A DNA stretch of 64,000 nucleotides from the human T2T-CHM13v2.0 reference genome, Homo sapiens. Of this stretch, positions 61,819 through 64,000 are shown in pieces (the first letter of the stretch is position 1; the number at the start of each line of letters is the position of its first letter). The DNA lies in NCBI RefSeq assembly GCF_009914755.1, contig NC_060927.1; one strand, written 5' to 3'. The position numbers and the translations under genes are program-made. The notes beneath the pieces were generated by a model. That model was not told the origin of the DNA, did no database searches, and saw only the letters and a list, made by a program, of their open reading frames with translations.

Positions 61819-64000
61819 CATAAAATATGAAAGTACCCCAATATATATTATATACTCTACATGAAATATCAAAGTTCACAAACTATATATTATGTACTGT
61901 ACATAAAATATCAAACTACCCAAGGTATATATTCTATACTGTACAAAAAATATCAAAGTACCCAAAGCATGTATTATATAATGTACATAAAATATGAAAG
62001 TACATCAAATATATATTTTATTCTGTACATAAAATATCAAAGAACACCAGATATATATTCTATAGTGTACATAAAATATCAAAGTACCCAAACTATACAT
62101 TATATACTGTACATAAAATATGAAATTACAGCAAATATATATTATATTAGGTACATAAAATATGAAAGTACATCAAATATAGATTATATACTGTACATTA
62201 AATACCAAAGTACCCCAAATATATATTTTATACTGTACATGAAATATCAAAGTTCACAAACTATATATTATATACTGTACATAAAATATCAATGTACCCA
62301 AGGTATATATTCTATACTGCACAAAAAATATCAAAGTACCCAAAGCATGTATTATATACTGTATATAAAATATGAAAGTACATCAAATATATATTTTATT
62401 CTGTACATAAAATATCAAAGTACACCAGATATATATTCTATAGTGTACATAAAATAACAAAGTACACAAACTATAAATTATATCCTGTACATAAAATATG
62501 AAATTACATCAAATATATATTAGGTACATAAAATATGAAAGTACATCAAATATAGATTATATACTGTACATTAAGTACCAAAGTACACCAAATATATATT
62601 TTATTCTGTACATAAAATATCAAAGTACACCAGATATATATTCTATAGTGTACATAAAATATCAAAGTACCCAAACTATACATTATATACTGTACATAAA
62701 ATATGAAATTACATCAAATATATATTATATTAGGTAAATGAAATATGAAAGTACATCAAATATAGATTATATACTGTACATGAAATATGAAAGTACCCCA
62801 AATATATATTATATACTCTACATGAAATATCAAAGTTCACAAACTATATATTATATACTGTACATAAAATATCAAAGTACCCAAGGTATATATTCTATAC
62901 TGTACAAAAAATATCAAAGTATCCAAAGCATGTATTATATACTGTATATAAAATATGAAAGTACATCAAATATATATTTTATTCTGTACATAAAATATCA
63001 AAGTACACCAGATATATATTCTATAGTGTACATAAAATATCAAAGTACCCAAACTATACATTATATACTGTACATAAAATATGAAATTACAGCAAATATA
63101 TATTATATTAGGTACATAAAATATGAAAGTACATCAAATATAGATTATATACTCTACATTAAATACCAAAGTACCCCAAATATATATTTTATACTGTACA
63201 TGAAATATCAAAGTTCACAAACTATATATTATATACTGTCCATAAAATATCAAAGTACCCAAGGTATATATTTTATACTGTACAAAAAATATCAAAGTAC
63301 CCAAAGCATGTATTATATACTGTACATAAAATATGAAAGTACATCAAATATATATTTTATTCTGTACATAAAATATCAAAGTACACCAGATATATATTCT
63401 ACAGTGTATATAAAATATCAAAGTACCCAAACTATACATTATATACTGTACATAAAATATGAAATTACATCAAATATATATTATATTAGGTACATAAAAT
63501 ATGAAAGTACATGAAGTATAGATTATATACTGTACATAAAATATCAAAGTACCCCAAATTTATATTATATACTATACATGAAATATCAAAGTTCACAAAC
63601 TATATATTATATACTGTACATAAAATATCAAAGTACCCAAGGTATATATTCTATAGTGTACAAAAAATATCAAAGTACCCAAAGCATGTATTATATACCG
63701 TACGTAAAATATAAAATTACATCAAATATATATTTTATTCTGTACATAAAATATCAAAGTTCACCAGATATATATACTATAGTGTACATAAAATATCAAA
63801 GTACCCAAACTATACATTATACACTGCACATAAAATATGAAATTACATCAAATATATATTAGGTACATAAAATATGAAAGTACATCAAATATAGATTATA
63901 TACTGTAAATATAATATCAATGTACCCCAAATATATATTTTATACTCTACATGAAATATCAAAGTTCACAAACCATATATTATATACTGTACATAAAATA

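Larger units (their letters stand above)
1..64000 (+). repeat. Human Satellite 1A-type (HSat1A / SAR, classical satellite I) tandem array: 42-bp monomers in a 378-bp 9-mer HOR, continuing past both window edges
   Basis: Seen: 42-bp periodicity throughout, with GTAC at alternating 17/25-bp spacing (gtac-ataaaatatcaaa-gtac = 17 bp), very high AT content and nine recurring monomer types. Established: the 42-bp unit made of 17+25-bp RsaI fragments and the 378-bp 9-mer periodicity define HSat1A. Chromosome of origin cannot be assigned from sequence alone. Confidence 0.96.

Noticed and set aside
235-63862. The many + strand ORFs as protein-coding genes
   Set aside because: They are translations of the 42-bp satellite, broken by recurrent stops and frameshifts. 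They have no unique domains or gene context.
1-64000. CRISPR-like repeat-spacer array (constant 'tgtacataaaatatcaaagtac' plus variable segment)
   Set aside because: The variable segments are homologous to each other and cycle every nine monomers. There are no unique spacers, leader or cas genes.
1-64000. Alpha satellite, HSat2/3, HSat1B or telomeric repeat
   Set aside because: No 171-bp monomer or CENP-B box, no CATTC pentamers, no Alu-containing ~2.4-kb unit and no TTAGGG tracts.
1-64000. Embedded transposon, unique island or inversion
   Set aside because: None seen on reading through. Monomer orientation is constant and there is no non-satellite stretch, though a very short insertion could have been missed by eye.
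1-64000. TATA boxes or promoters (TATAAAA in 'tgtatataaaat')
   Set aside because: These are a common C-to-T variant of the AT-rich consensus, with no other promoter evidence.
1-64000. Assignment to a specific chromosome or species
   Set aside because: It would need a k-mer search against T2T human and ape assemblies and cannot be determined here.

Overview
The whole 64 kb window is one uninterrupted, single-orientation, very AT-rich (roughly 77-80% AT by eye) tandem satellite array. Its 42-bp monomer (consensus about ATAAAATATCAAAGTACCCAAACTATATATTATATACTGTAC, two GTAC/RsaI sites spaced 17+25 bp) is organised into a 378-bp 9-monomer higher-order repeat (HOR). This matches human/hominid Satellite 1A (HSat1A, Repbase SAR), a pericentromeric and acrocentric short-arm satellite. 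I see no genes, RNA genes, transposon insertions or inversions. All listed ORFs are by-products of a 42-bp (14-codon) repeat with one stop-free frame. The informative structure lies in the variants: fixed indel HOR alleles (373 and 377 bp), truncated 3/4/5/6/8-mer HORs, nested kilobase duplications (751, 2267, 3217, 3973, 8221, 8808, 10157, 11724 bp offsets), a near-identical copy at 27,815 bp offset, and an apparent A-B-A-B zonation of variant haplotypes with a period of about 27-28 kb. I found no evidence for a novel gene system. Offsets were derived by hand from the ORF track and diagnostic SNVs, so boundaries are approximate.
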